Source: an uncultured Opitutales bacterium | GTDB lineage: Bacteria; Verrucomicrobiota; Verrucomicrobiia; Opitutales; UBA9783 | Direction: 5' to 3' | Assembly: GCA_934691225.1 (NCBI GenBank) | Contig: CAKUSQ010000003.1 | Coordinates: 1-31,606, forward strand | Length of the DNA: 31,606 nt | Part shown: positions 1 to 8,818 of the stretch, one piece after another | Position numbering within the stretch: the first letter of the stretch is position 1 | Layout of the letters: each line of letters starts with the position of its first letter | Translations under genes and position numbers: made by a program | Notes under the pieces: generated by a model | What the model was told of the DNA's origin: nothing | The model's input: the letters and a program-made list of their open reading frames with translations, nothing else | Databases searched by the model: none

Positions 1-1130
1 TGTCGGTATTCACTATCTCCGAATACCCGATTCGATGGTGTGAAATTCTTATTCAAACCTTACAATCCTTTCTGCATAATTACCTTCCTGACAATTGGTT
101 TAGAGGAATGCTATGTGAAGGTATTATTGGAGGTGTAGGCAACGTCTTATTATTTTTACCTCAATTTATTCTAATGATTGCCTGCATGAGTTTATTGGAA
201 AACACAGGTTACTTGGCACGCGTAACTTTTTTACTAGATCGCTGGATGAAAAAAATAGGTTTATCAGGATCTTCATTTATTGCTTTGATTTCTTGTTACG
301 CATGTACCATTCCAGGTATTATGCAAACCCGATGTTTGCATAACCGTGAGGAACGTTTAACAACATTATTTGTAGCTCCCTGGGTTAATTGCAGCAGTCG
401 AGTCCCTATTTATATGCTTTTAATCACGATGTTGTTCCGTGATAGTCATCCTTGGTTTAAAACATTTTTATTAATCATTATTTACATCGTTGGATTGTTT
501 TCAGCCTTAATGTTGGCTGCTTTCATTCGAAAATTTTTTCTAAAAACAAGAAACCATGTTCATATAGCGGAAATGCCACCTCTATTGCGACCACAATTTC
601 ACTACATTTTCAAATTAGTGCAAAGTCAAACAGTTATTTTTCTCAAAAAAGCGGGTACTTACATTTTATGTTTCAGTATTGGCTTATGGTTATGTTTACA
701 CACTAAAATAACCACCTCGCAAGGAGAACAAACAGACTGCGTTCGATGGCTTGGGAAAAAGTTGGAATATGTTCTAAAGCCTATCGGATTTGATTGGCAT
801 ATTGGCATCAGCTTATTAAGTTCGTTTGGAACGCGTGAAAATTTCATTTCAACATTAGGGGTTTTGCACAATACAGATGCACCTACGGATAATACTTTAC
901 GTGAACAGTTGCAACAAGCTACGGACGATTCTGGACATCCCATTTATTCATTTGCCACTTGCATTTCACTTATTCTATTTTTTATGTTTTCTTTACAGTG
1001 CATTGGAACATTTGTTTTTATTAAACATGAAACATACTCATGGCGTTTAACCTGGCTGCAATTCATTTTTATGAATACTTTTGCTTATTCTTTATGCTTT
1101 GTTGTTTATCAAATCTTAAAACGTCTATGA
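1..1130 (+). CDS. feoB: Ferrous iron transporter FeoB, C-terminal membrane domain (5' end outside window)
   Basis: Frame 3 is open from nt 3 (SVFTISEYPIRW...) into listed ORF 108..1130. Polytopic membrane protein with a FeoB-type region (GIIGGVGNVLLFLPQFILM). Stop TGA 1128-1130 overlaps the next ATG (ATGA). Confidence 0.8.
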   Translation, partial: SVFTISEYPIRWCEILIQTLQSFLHNYLPDNWFRGMLCEGIIGGVGNVLLFLPQFILMIACMSLLENTGYLARVTFLLDRWMKKIGLSGSSFIALISCYACTIPGIMQTRCLHNREERLTTLFVAPWVNCSSRVPIYMLLITMLFRDSHPWFKTFLLIIIYIVGLFSALMLAAFIRKFFLKTRNHVHIAEMPPLLRPQFHYIFKLVQSQTVIFLKKAGTYILCFSIGLWLCLHTKITTSQGEQTDCVRWLGKKLEYVLKPIGFDWHIGISLLSSFGTRENFISTLGVLHNTDAPTDNTLREQLQQATDDSGHPIYSFATCISLILFFMFSLQCIGTFVFIKHETYSWRLTWLQFIFMNTFAYSLCFVVYQILKRL

Positions 1131-1831
1131 TTCCATGGCATCCTGATACAAAAATTATACAACAACAAAAATGGCTATGGGCTATTTTTAAACCATGTAA
1201 TGTTTTATCGCATCCAAATCATTGTCATATAAATCCTAAAAGCATACTTCAAGCACATTATGATTTTGAACACGAGGCTTACATACTTCCCGATAACACG
1301 AAAATTTACCTGCTAAATCGTTTGGATAGCCCAACTTCTGGCATTATTCTGTTAAGCACAGATGTTTTACTTGCACAACAAATTAAGAATTTGTTTCGTC
1401 AACACCAAGTTCATAAAGTTTACTGGGCTATTGTTAAAAAAACATTTCCAGAAAATTCATTGATTTGGCAAGATTTTTTAAAAATAAACAAAAACATCAA
1501 TAATGTAAGAAGCCAATGTTCTTCACGTGCACAGGGTGTTTTTTGTAAAACAAAAGCTCGTTTGCTAAAACCTATTAATTTGCCTTTTTCTAAATTAAGT
1601 TTGATTCAACTAGAACCTTTGACAGGACGTACACATCAACTTCGCGTTCAATGTGCACATCATGGTTTTCCCATCTTAGGCGACAAAACTTACGGTGATT
1701 TTGCTTTCAACAAAGCTTTAAAAGTAAAGCGTCTGTTTTTGCATGCTTATGCGATACGTTTGAACTTACCACATTTCAATTTTGAAGCTACCTGTGTGCC
1801 CGATTTTGAACCTTACATAAAAAATGCTTGA
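1127..1831 (+). CDS. RluA-family pseudouridine synthase (no S4 domain)
   Basis: Motifs LNRLDSPTSGIILL (catalytic Asp motif) and TGRTHQLRVQCAHHGFPILGDKTYG. I prefer ATG 1127 (ATGA overlap with the feoB stop) over ORF-track ATG 1040, which would overlap feoB by 91 nt. Confidence 0.85.
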   Translation: MIPWHPDTKIIQQQKWLWAIFKPCNVLSHPNHCHINPKSILQAHYDFEHEAYILPDNTKIYLLNRLDSPTSGIILLSTDVLLAQQIKNLFRQHQVHKVYWAIVKKTFPENSLIWQDFLKINKNINNVRSQCSSRAQGVFCKTKARLLKPINLPFSKLSLIQLEPLTGRTHQLRVQCAHHGFPILGDKTYGDFAFNKALKVKRLFLHAYAIRLNLPHFNFEATCVPDFEPYIKNA

Positions 1832-1883
1832 CAAATGAAAAATGAGCTAATAACTAATATTAGCTTTCTGGAGCTTAGTTAAA

Positions 1884-3383
1884 GTGAAAGCAAGTAGAGA
1901 GTTTTCTGTGTTACGAGGAATTTTTTTCCCTATTCATGCGTATGAGTTGAAAAAAATTATTCCTCTAGGTTTAATTTTGTTTTTTTCTTTATTCAATCAT
2001 TATTGTTTAAAGAATATAAAAGATTCTTTGATTGTAACAAATGCAGGGGCTGAAGCCATTGCATTTATTAAGCTTTTTTGTGTTCCTCCCTTTGCCATTA
2101 TTTTTATGCTTGCCTACACCAAGTTGACAGATTGCCTAAAAAATGAGCACTTATTTTACACTACCCTAGGATTTTTTTTATCGTTCTTTGTTATATTTAC
2201 CTTAGTCCTCTATCCACTAAGAAGTTATATACATCCCTCTTTTGAAACAGTTACGCGTTTACAAATAGCTTTTCCAATGTTTTTTTGGGTATTTTCCATT
2301 TGGGGTGTATGGAGTTATGCATTATTTTTCATATTTGCAGAATTATGGAGCAGTTTTATACTTACATTACTATTTTGGCAATTTGTTAATCAAATTACTG
2401 CTTTGGATGAAGCTAAACGTGTTTATGCATTTCTAGCTTTATTAGGACAAGGGGCGGTTACGCTATCTGGATATTTTGGTATGCTTGCCTCCAATATACG
2501 CGATAAAGTTTCTCAGTACTCGGACCCATGGCAAATCTCTCTGTACTGGATTATTGGCATGGTGACTATCAGTAGTCTATTTTCAATGTACCTTTATCAC
2601 TGGATATATAAAAATGTTTTAACAGATAAACGTTTTTATGATAAGCCTACCCTACCTGGTGTTAAAATAAAAAACAAGCAACGAAGCAGTTTGTGGCAGA
2701 GTTTAAAAACAGTGTGCCATTCCCCCTATTTAGGATTAATCGCATTATTAGTTTTATGTTACGGTATTAATGATAACATTTTAGAAAATTTTTGGAAACA
2801 CGAACTTGGTCAACGGTATCCTAATATCAATGAATACAATACATTCATGAATCAATATACTATGGCTTACGGTTTTTTATCTATGTTTATACTTATTGTC
2901 GCAAGTAACGTTTTCAGGCATTTTCGTTGGGGAGTAGGTGCAATTCTAACACCACTTGTAATGACTTTAGGGGGTATTTGTTTATTTTTAGCCGTTCTAT
3001 CTAAAAATCATATCTATCTATGGACCCATATTCAGAATACCATTGTTGTTGTTGGTTTAATCGCTTTAGTTTTAGATAAATCTTTCAAAATGTCATTTTT
3101 TGATATCAGCAAAGAAATGGCATTTATCCCTCTTAATGATGAACTAAAAGTCAAAGGAAAAGCCATTGTAGATGTGTTTGGATATCGGTTTGGAAAATCT
3201 GCAGGTTCCGGTTTGCAAGTTATTTTGTTAACCATTACCAGTATATTTTCAGGTATTCAAACAACCTACGATAACATTGCCGTTTATGCTTTTGTGATTT
3301 TTATGTTAACTTCCTTCGTTTGGTTAGTGGCTGTTTTACGTCTAAGTCGTCGCGTTCGAGCTAACAAAATTATCGATAAATAA
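1884..3383 (+). CDS. ntt: Nucleotide transporter, NTT/Tlc (ATP/ADP translocase) family, paralogue A
   Basis: About 12-TM protein with family hallmarks FFPIHAYELKK, LKNIKDSLIVT, WIYKNVLTDKRFYDKP and KEMAFIPLNDELKVKGKAIVDV. GTG start preceded by GGAG (1870-1873). Confidence 0.9.
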   Translation: MKASREFSVLRGIFFPIHAYELKKIIPLGLILFFSLFNHYCLKNIKDSLIVTNAGAEAIAFIKLFCVPPFAIIFMLAYTKLTDCLKNEHLFYTTLGFFLSFFVIFTLVLYPLRSYIHPSFETVTRLQIAFPMFFWVFSIWGVWSYALFFIFAELWSSFILTLLFWQFVNQITALDEAKRVYAFLALLGQGAVTLSGYFGMLASNIRDKVSQYSDPWQISLYWIIGMVTISSLFSMYLYHWIYKNVLTDKRFYDKPTLPGVKIKNKQRSSLWQSLKTVCHSPYLGLIALLVLCYGINDNILENFWKHELGQRYPNINEYNTFMNQYTMAYGFLSMFILIVASNVFRHFRWGVGAILTPLVMTLGGICLFLAVLSKNHIYLWTHIQNTIVVVGLIALVLDKSFKMSFFDISKEMAFIPLNDELKVKGKAIVDVFGYRFGKSAGSGLQVILLTITSIFSGIQTTYDNIAVYAFVIFMLTSFVWLVAVLRLSRRVRANKIIDK

Positions 3384-3388
3384 TTATT

Positions 3389-4612
3389 ATGGATTGGATT
3401 TCTAAATGCGTAGCTACTCGATTAGGCGGAAGTCAATTTGAGCAGCAAGTTCCTTACAAATTCGAAACAATAAAACAATTAAAAAACAAATACCTGCAAT
3501 CCCCTATTTTACCTTTACTGGATCTTGGTATTGGCGAACCTGATGGAACTGCTCCAACGTGTGCTATCGAAACATTGCAATACGCGTGTACTTTGCAAGC
3601 TTATGGTAAATATGCTGACAATGGTGCTGATTTTTTTAAATCTTCAATCGTTGAATATTTACAAACGATTTTTAACGTTTCTCGCATAGACACAGAACAA
3701 ATTTTGCCTGTATTAGGGATAAAATCGGGTCTTTGTTTGCTCGCAGGAACACTCATCAATCCAGGAGATCTTGTGGCTTGCACGATACCAGGATACAATG
3801 TTTTTTCAACACAAACACGCTATTTAGGGGGTGAAGTGCATCCCTTGCCCCTTACACCCGATAATCACTTTTTGCCTGATTTTTCGGTTATTCCTGAAAC
3901 GATAAAACATCGTATTAAAGTCATCTGTCTAAATTACCCCAATAATCCTACTGGTGCTATAGCTAATCTAACGTTTTATCAAAACCTTATTAAAATGGCT
4001 CTGCATTACCATTGGATCATCTTACAGGATGCTGCTTACAGTGCTCTTAGTTTTCAAGAACCTATTTCCATTTTACAAATTCCAGATGCTGAAAAATGCT
4101 GTGTTGAATTACATTCTATGTCTAAAGGATTTAACATGACAGGTTGGCGCCTAGGATGGCTTTGTGGCAACAAAACAATCATTAAGGCATGCTCGATGTA
4201 TAAAAACAATTGTGATTCAGGGCAATTCTTAGCCATTCAAAAAGCAGCCTCTGTAGCACTAAAGCATGCATCTATGTGGCTCCCCAAATTGCACAACAAG
4301 TACAAACAACGTTTATGTAAACTGTACCGCATTCTGACTCAACATCACTTTACACCTTTTAATTCACAAGCAGGATTTTTCTTATACGCTCAATCACCTC
4401 ATAAAGCTATAAAAACATCGACCGATCAGACTTTCACTTTTTCAAATGCATTTGCATTTTCACAATGGTTATTACAAAATCTAGGCATCGTTACTGTCCC
4501 CTGGGACGATTGTGGCGCTTATCTTCGATTTTCAGTAACATTTTCATCCGAAAACGAAGAAGATTTTTTTGCAGACTTAGATCAACGTTTGGGGCATTAT
4601 CAATTTCAATGA
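3389..4612 (+). CDS. PLP-dependent class I aminotransferase, LL-diaminopimelate aminotransferase (DapL)-like
   Basis: LDLGIGEPDGTAP, LNYPNNPTG and the PLP-lysine motif SMSKGFNMTGWRLGW. The N-terminal YKFETI...LGIGEPD pattern resembles DapL-type enzymes. The family call is firm; substrate specificity is inferred only. Confidence 0.8.
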   Translation: MDWISKCVATRLGGSQFEQQVPYKFETIKQLKNKYLQSPILPLLDLGIGEPDGTAPTCAIETLQYACTLQAYGKYADNGADFFKSSIVEYLQTIFNVSRIDTEQILPVLGIKSGLCLLAGTLINPGDLVACTIPGYNVFSTQTRYLGGEVHPLPLTPDNHFLPDFSVIPETIKHRIKVICLNYPNNPTGAIANLTFYQNLIKMALHYHWIILQDAAYSALSFQEPISILQIPDAEKCCVELHSMSKGFNMTGWRLGWLCGNKTIIKACSMYKNNCDSGQFLAIQKAASVALKHASMWLPKLHNKYKQRLCKLYRILTQHHFTPFNSQAGFFLYAQSPHKAIKTSTDQTFTFSNAFAFSQWLLQNLGIVTVPWDDCGAYLRFSVTFSSENEEDFFADLDQRLGHYQFQ

Positions 4613-4647
4613 AAAATTAACTATTTTGCAAAAAAAGCTTGCATTAT

Positions 4648-4677
4648 TTGCAAAAAACCTGTTAGCGTTTTTACATA
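4648..4677 (+). promoter_or_regulatory. Candidate sigma70-type promoter of tRNA-Leu
   Basis: TTGCAA (4648-4653), 17 nt, TTACAT (4671-4676). Mature tRNA 5' end is at 4689. Confidence 0.35.
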
Positions 4678-4688
4678 TTACTTTATTT

Positions 4689-4775
4689 GCCTGGATGGCG
4701 GAATTGGCAGACGCGCTGGACTCAAAATCCAGTTCTTTCACGAGAGTGAGGGTTCGACCCCCTCTCCAGGTACCA
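4689..4775 (+). tRNA. tRNA-Leu (anticodon CAA), type II with long variable arm, CCA encoded
   Basis: Hand-folded cloverleaf: acceptor GCCTGGA/TCCAGGT (G1:U72 wobble), anticodon stem CTGGA/TCCAG with loop CTCAAAA, variable stem CTTTC/GAGAG, T arm GAGGG-TTCGACC-CCCTC, discriminator A plus CCA. Confidence 0.95.
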
Positions 4776-4844
4776 GATTTAAAAATTTCAGTTGCTGTTT
4801 TTATTAAAAAATTCTTAAAAAATTAAAATTTTTGTTAAAAAGTA

Positions 4845-4873
4845 TTGCAAAATGTAAAAAACTCCTTTCAAAT
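4845..4873 (+). promoter_or_regulatory. Candidate promoter of dnaN placed for a leaderless transcript
   Basis: TTGCAA (4845-4850), 17 nt, TCAAAT (4868-4873), 7 nt, ATG 4881. No Shine-Dalgarno sequence in between. Confidence 0.4.
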
Positions 4874-4880
4874 GTAAGAA

Positions 4881-6026
4881 ATGAAGATACGAATTGCAAA
4901 AAGCGTTTTTGTAAATGGCTTACAGCAAGTTTTAAATGTTGTTGGGACACGAACTTCGCTTCCTATCTTGAGTAACGTGCTATTAAACGCACATGATGAC
5001 ACTTTAGAATTAACGACAACAAATTTGGATTTAGGTATTCGCTGCACTGTAAAGGCAAGTATCAGTGAACCTGGAAAAATCGCGTTGCCTGCCCGAAAAT
5101 TAGCTTCAATAGTGAAAGCCTTGCCAGAAGCTGAAATTGAGTTAGATTGTTCACAAAATCAAGCCAAACTCGTTTGTGGACGTTCCAAATTTCGTATTAT
5201 GGGCATGGATGATAGTGAATTTCCAACTTTGCCTGTATTTGCACAAGATCAATCATTTCAGTTGGAACAGAAAAAGTTGTTATCCATGCTGCGACATGTA
5301 TCCTTCGCTCAATCGGAAGATGAAAATCGTTATTTATTGAATGGTGTGTTCTTTTCTTTCAAAGGAGGATCTTCTGAAGAAACTCAGCTAAATTTAGTAG
5401 CAACAGATGGTCGACGCCTAAGCGTTATCTTCCAAGACGTAGAAGCTCCAGTTACCTTTAAAGATGTTGAGTTTATTTTGCCAGCCAAAACAGTTTCAGA
5501 ACTTGAACGTTTACTGCAGCAAACAGCTCCTATAAAAATTTTCTTTAATGAAAAGCAGATTGCTTTTGAACTTGCACTAGAAGATAGCGCCAAGGAAAAT
5601 GGATTAAACAATACCATCTATTTGGTTTCAAAAAAAGTTGAAGGACGTTTTCCAAATTATCAACAAGTTATCCCACAATCTGTTGAACATCATGTTAAAT
5701 TGGAACGTGCTTTGTTATTGGAATGTATCCAGCGTGCATCGCTTGTTTCAAGCCTCGACAATAATACAGTAAAGTTAAGTTTTGGAGAAAATATACTCGA
5801 AATTTCTGCCTCAAGTTCTGAGTTTGGAGAGGCGCATGAAACGATGGCTATTGAGTATACAGACAATCCGGTTACCATAGCTTTCAATCCTCGATTTCTT
5901 CTAGATCCTTTAAAAGCATTAGGAGATGATGACATCTTCTTTGAATTCAAAGACGAACTAAGTCCTGGTGTTATAAAAACAAATGATCGCTTTCTTTGTG
6001 TTGTAATGCCTTTACGTTTACAATAG
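4881..6026 (+). CDS. dnaN: DNA polymerase III beta sliding clamp
   Basis: 381 aa, three-domain clamp pattern. Motifs LPILSNVLL, YLLNGVFF, ATDGRRLS, GRFPNYQQVIP and a C-terminal ...CVVMPLRLQ. Confidence 0.95.
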   Translation: MKIRIAKSVFVNGLQQVLNVVGTRTSLPILSNVLLNAHDDTLELTTTNLDLGIRCTVKASISEPGKIALPARKLASIVKALPEAEIELDCSQNQAKLVCGRSKFRIMGMDDSEFPTLPVFAQDQSFQLEQKKLLSMLRHVSFAQSEDENRYLLNGVFFSFKGGSSEETQLNLVATDGRRLSVIFQDVEAPVTFKDVEFILPAKTVSELERLLQQTAPIKIFFNEKQIAFELALEDSAKENGLNNTIYLVSKKVEGRFPNYQQVIPQSVEHHVKLERALLLECIQRASLVSSLDNNTVKLSFGENILEISASSSEFGEAHETMAIEYTDNPVTIAFNPRFLLDPLKALGDDDIFFEFKDELSPGVIKTNDRFLCVVMPLRLQ

Positions 6027-6038
6027 GTGTATTTGTCT

Positions 6039-7256
6039 ATGCCATTCTGGGTTATTAAATTATCACTTAGATATTTATTCCCTAAAGGGCGCAGAGGAAC
6101 ATTTTTTACATGGGGCTCTATGATCGGAGTTACCTTGGGAATTGCTTTGTTGGTGATTGTCGTAAGTGTTATGAATGGTTTTGATACGAATATATCAGAA
6201 AAATTAGTACAAACCCAAGGAGCTATCAAAATTTTATCTCAAGACATTATTCTTAACTACCAAGATCTGATGGAGGAAATTCGAAAAATACCATACGTAA
6301 AAGGTGTTACGCCGTACGTAAGAGGAATTTCGCTTGTTCAAAGTGATCAACGTGTAGCTTTCCCTAATTGTATAGGGGTTGATTGGGATACTGTAAACGA
6401 TGTTTTACCTTTAAACAAGTTCTTAAATTCAGAAAATAAAGAAGGTGTTTTTATAAGCGTTCCGTTGGCTCGTGACCTTGGATTAAAAAAAAACCAAACC
6501 TTCGACCTTTACTCGCCTCTTGTACTAGAAGCCATTAAAAATGATGAAATTATTCTGCCGCAAGAATTGAATGTAGACGGTACTTTCAAAACGGGTTGGG
6601 CTGAAATTGATCAAAACACAATCATTTTTCCACTAAAAACTTTGCAAGAAACCTACGGCATGACAGAAAATGCTGTCCATGGTTTTAATGTTAATACGGA
6701 TCAAATGTATATTTCTCTTGCGTGCAAAAAATTGAATTATATATTGCCGCCAAACATGCATGCCTACGCTTGGTACGAATTAAATAGCAGTTTTTTACAA
6801 GTGTTAAAGATGGAAAAATCCATGTGTATATTTATTTTATTTTTTATCGTATGCATCGCTGCATTTTCCATCAGCAGCGGTCTGATGTTTTCAACTATTC
6901 GCAAACAACGTGAAATCTCTTTGCTAAAAACTTGGGGCGCATCAAACAGAGAAATTACTCAAATATTTTGCTTGCAGGGCTTCATTTTGGGATCCATTGG
7001 AACCATTTTTGGCTTTATTATTTCATTTTTTATTCTAAAATATCGAAATTGGATTATTAATCTTTTAACGGGATGGTTTCTACCTAAAGATGCATTATGG
7101 AATTTTTACGAGGTAGAAGAATTACCCGTTGCTTATTGCCCATTGGATTACACTGTCATCGCTATCTGTACACTTGTTTTAATTGTATTGGCTAGTTTCA
7201 TTCCAGCTCTAGCAGCTTGCAATAAACCCGCAGTTGAAGGATTACGTTGTGAATAA
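6039..7256 (+). CDS. Lipoprotein-releasing system permease, LolC/LolE (FtsX/MacB-type) family
   Basis: N-terminus MPFWVIKLSLRYLF...GIALLVIVVSVMNGF, a large periplasmic domain, then 3 C-terminal TM helices (FtsX fold). ATG 6039 has AGGTG 9 nt upstream. ORF-track GTG 6027 is the alternative start. Confidence 0.85.
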   Translation: MPFWVIKLSLRYLFPKGRRGTFFTWGSMIGVTLGIALLVIVVSVMNGFDTNISEKLVQTQGAIKILSQDIILNYQDLMEEIRKIPYVKGVTPYVRGISLVQSDQRVAFPNCIGVDWDTVNDVLPLNKFLNSENKEGVFISVPLARDLGLKKNQTFDLYSPLVLEAIKNDEIILPQELNVDGTFKTGWAEIDQNTIIFPLKTLQETYGMTENAVHGFNVNTDQMYISLACKKLNYILPPNMHAYAWYELNSSFLQVLKMEKSMCIFILFFIVCIAAFSISSGLMFSTIRKQREISLLKTWGASNREITQIFCLQGFILGSIGTIFGFIISFFILKYRNWIINLLTGWFLPKDALWNFYEVEELPVAYCPLDYTVIAICTLVLIVLASFIPALAACNKPAVEGLRCE

Positions 7257-7902
7257 TAATATAGTACTTCGTGTAAGCGATTTAAGTAAAAGATATTATT
7301 ATAAAGGTAATGACTTGTGTCTTTTTGAAAATGTCCATTTTCACTTGTATGAAGGTGAAAATATGTCAATTTGTGGGCCATCTGGATGTGGGAAATCGAC
7401 ATTGCTATTCAATCTAGGCGGCTTGCAAACGCCAACTTCAGGTCGCATAATATTTCTAGGCAAACCTATCTATGGCAAAAATTCTTATATCAAAGGAATA
7501 AGTTACGTTTTTCAACATTATCATCTCATTGAAGAAATGACTGTGATTGACAACATTATGTTGCCTGTGCACATACAACGATATTTTATAACTCGAAAGT
7601 ATCGCAACCAAATAATTGACGTGCTTAATTTAAGCCATTTACTCCACCGTTTGCCTTCTACTTTATCGGGTGGAGAACGTCAAAAAGTTGCGATTGCACG
7701 TGCACTTATTGTTCAACCAAAACTTCTATTGGCTGATGAGCCTACAGGAAGTTTGGATGAAAGAAGTGGGGAAACCGTTATGAAGCTGTTGTTACAATTA
7801 TGCAAAGATTTAAAAACAACTTTTATCTTAGTAACGCACAACATTTCATTTGCCAAAATGACAAGAAAAATCTTCTATTTAGATCATGGGAAAAAAGGTT
7901 AA
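7249..7902 (+). CDS. lolD: Lipoprotein-releasing ABC transporter ATP-binding protein LolD
   Basis: Walker A GPSGCGKST, signature LSGGERQKVAIARAL, Walker B LLLADEPTGSLD. GTG 7249 (AAGGA 7 nt upstream) gives MNNNIVLRVSDLSKRY, a LolD-like N-terminus. TTG 7234 is the alternative start. Confidence 0.85.
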   Translation: MNNNIVLRVSDLSKRYYYKGNDLCLFENVHFHLYEGENMSICGPSGCGKSTLLFNLGGLQTPTSGRIIFLGKPIYGKNSYIKGISYVFQHYHLIEEMTVIDNIMLPVHIQRYFITRKYRNQIIDVLNLSHLLHRLPSTLSGGERQKVAIARALIVQPKLLLADEPTGSLDERSGETVMKLLLQLCKDLKTTFILVTHNISFAKMTRKIFYLDHGKKG

Positions 7903-8818
7903 TTGTGGTGTCGTAGGTGTAGGTTATTTAGGTGCTCATCATGCACGCATCTATTCCGAAATGGAAAATGTCAACCTTGTAGGTATTTTTGATATAAACG
8001 AAAGTCGAGCTAAAGAAATTGCTGATTTATATCATTGTTCTGTTTTTTCTTCTCCAGAAAGCCTTGCTGAACAATGCGAAGCTCTAAGCGTCGTTACACC
8101 TACAACTTCGCACGCAGTAACCGCAATTCCTCTGTTAAAATTAGGATGTCATCTACTAGTTGAAAAACCCCTTTGTGTTACGATGAATGAGGCTGAGCAA
8201 ATTATCCGTACAGCAGAAAAACACAAATGTTATTTACAAGTAGGACACATTGAAAATTACAACCCCGTTAATAGTTACTTGGAAACCCATGTTCAAAATC
8301 CGCAATATATTACAGCTGATCGTTTAGCTCCCTTTAGTCCTCGTGGAGCCGATGTTGGGGTTGTTCTCGACTTGATGATTCATGATTTAGGTATTATCCT
8401 TCAATTGGTTCATTCTCCTATAAAAAAAATTGAAGCTATCGGTGTTAATGTCATTTCATCCACGGAAGATATCGCTAATGCTAGAATTTACTTTGAAAAT
8501 GGTTGCATTGCTAATTTTAATACCTCACGCGTTAGTTTAAAAAAAGAAAGAAATATTAGAATTTTTCAACCCAATAAATACTTATCTATGGATTTCATGG
8601 ACCAAAAAGGTCATTTATTATTCAAAAAAGACAAAGATATTTTGAAAGAAGACATTCCTTTACAAAAAGAAGAACCTTTGCGTGTTGAATTGAATTCGTT
8701 CGTTGATTGTATTTTACAATCACATCAACCTAAGGTTAACGGACAAATAGCCTGTTCAGCCTTATCAGTCGCATTAGAAATTACACAGATTATTCAGAAT
8801 AATATACTAAAGGCCTAA
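7886..8818 (+). CDS. Gfo/Idh/MocA-family NAD(P)-dependent oxidoreductase (possible GnnA-like UDP-GlcNAc 3-dehydrogenase)
   Basis: N-terminal Rossmann motif GVVGVGYLGAHHARIY and family motif LVEKPL; 310 aa. Overlaps lolD by 17 nt and shares 1 nt (TAATG) with lpxB. Substrate is inferred from context only. Confidence 0.8.
   Translation: MGKKVNCGVVGVGYLGAHHARIYSEMENVNLVGIFDINESRAKEIADLYHCSVFSSPESLAEQCEALSVVTPTTSHAVTAIPLLKLGCHLLVEKPLCVTMNEAEQIIRTAEKHKCYLQVGHIENYNPVNSYLETHVQNPQYITADRLAPFSPRGADVGVVLDLMIHDLGIILQLVHSPIKKIEAIGVNVISSTEDIANARIYFENGCIANFNTSRVSLKKERNIRIFQPNKYLSMDFMDQKGHLLFKKDKDILKEDIPLQKEEPLRVELNSFVDCILQSHQPKVNGQIACSALSVALEITQIIQNNILKA

Noticed and set aside
214-230. TGGCACG (sigma54 -24-like element). 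Similar TGGCAT strings occur at about 790-815 and 16682-16700.
   Set aside because: All are inside coding sequence, and none has a GC dinucleotide at the correct -12 spacing (TGGCAC-N5-TTGC).
1040-1126. Upstream ATG 1040 for the RluA-like gene.
   Set aside because: It would overlap feoB by 91 nt and add a hydrophobic peptide that merely shadows feoB codons. ATG 1127 gives an ATGA junction and a normal family N-terminus.
1845-1865. Perfect 8-bp hairpin AGCTAATA-ACTAA-TATTAGCT after the rluA-like stop, considered as a terminator. A perfect TTGACA (1828-1833) was considered as the NTT-A promoter.
   Set aside because: The stem has only two G:C pairs and the tail is TTTC, so it is too weak to call a terminator. 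TTGACA has only TAACTA at 17 nt or TAATAT at 21 nt as a -10, so the promoter call is not supportable.
4626-4826. 66-aa plus-strand ORF in the aminotransferase-dnaN spacer.
   Set aside because: It reads straight through the tRNA-Leu gene (4689-4775); the open frame is explained by the tRNA sequence.
4776-4880. Possible oriC or DnaA-box cluster next to dnaN.
   Set aside because: No TTATCCACA-like 9-mers (at most one mismatch) in this spacer or in 4613-4688. No dnaA gene is adjacent. AT-richness here is no greater than in other spacers.
5690-6229. 179-aa minus-strand ORF spanning the dnaN/lolC-E junction, the largest of many antisense ORFs. Others: 659-943, 3032-3235, 3601-3798, 4054-4236, 5384-5617, 7148-7402, 10116-10457, 10971-11159, 15232-15525, 15968-16150, 16632-16865, 16893-17126, 20292-20678, 21541-21843, 24962-25183, 26208-26549, 27115-27321, 28456-28659, 30709-30915.
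   Set aside because: All lie antisense to genes with strong family motifs and full-length architecture. Their translations are low-complexity or Ser/Thr/Pro/Asn-rich with no recognisable motif. They have no plausible start context. These are typical shadow ORFs.
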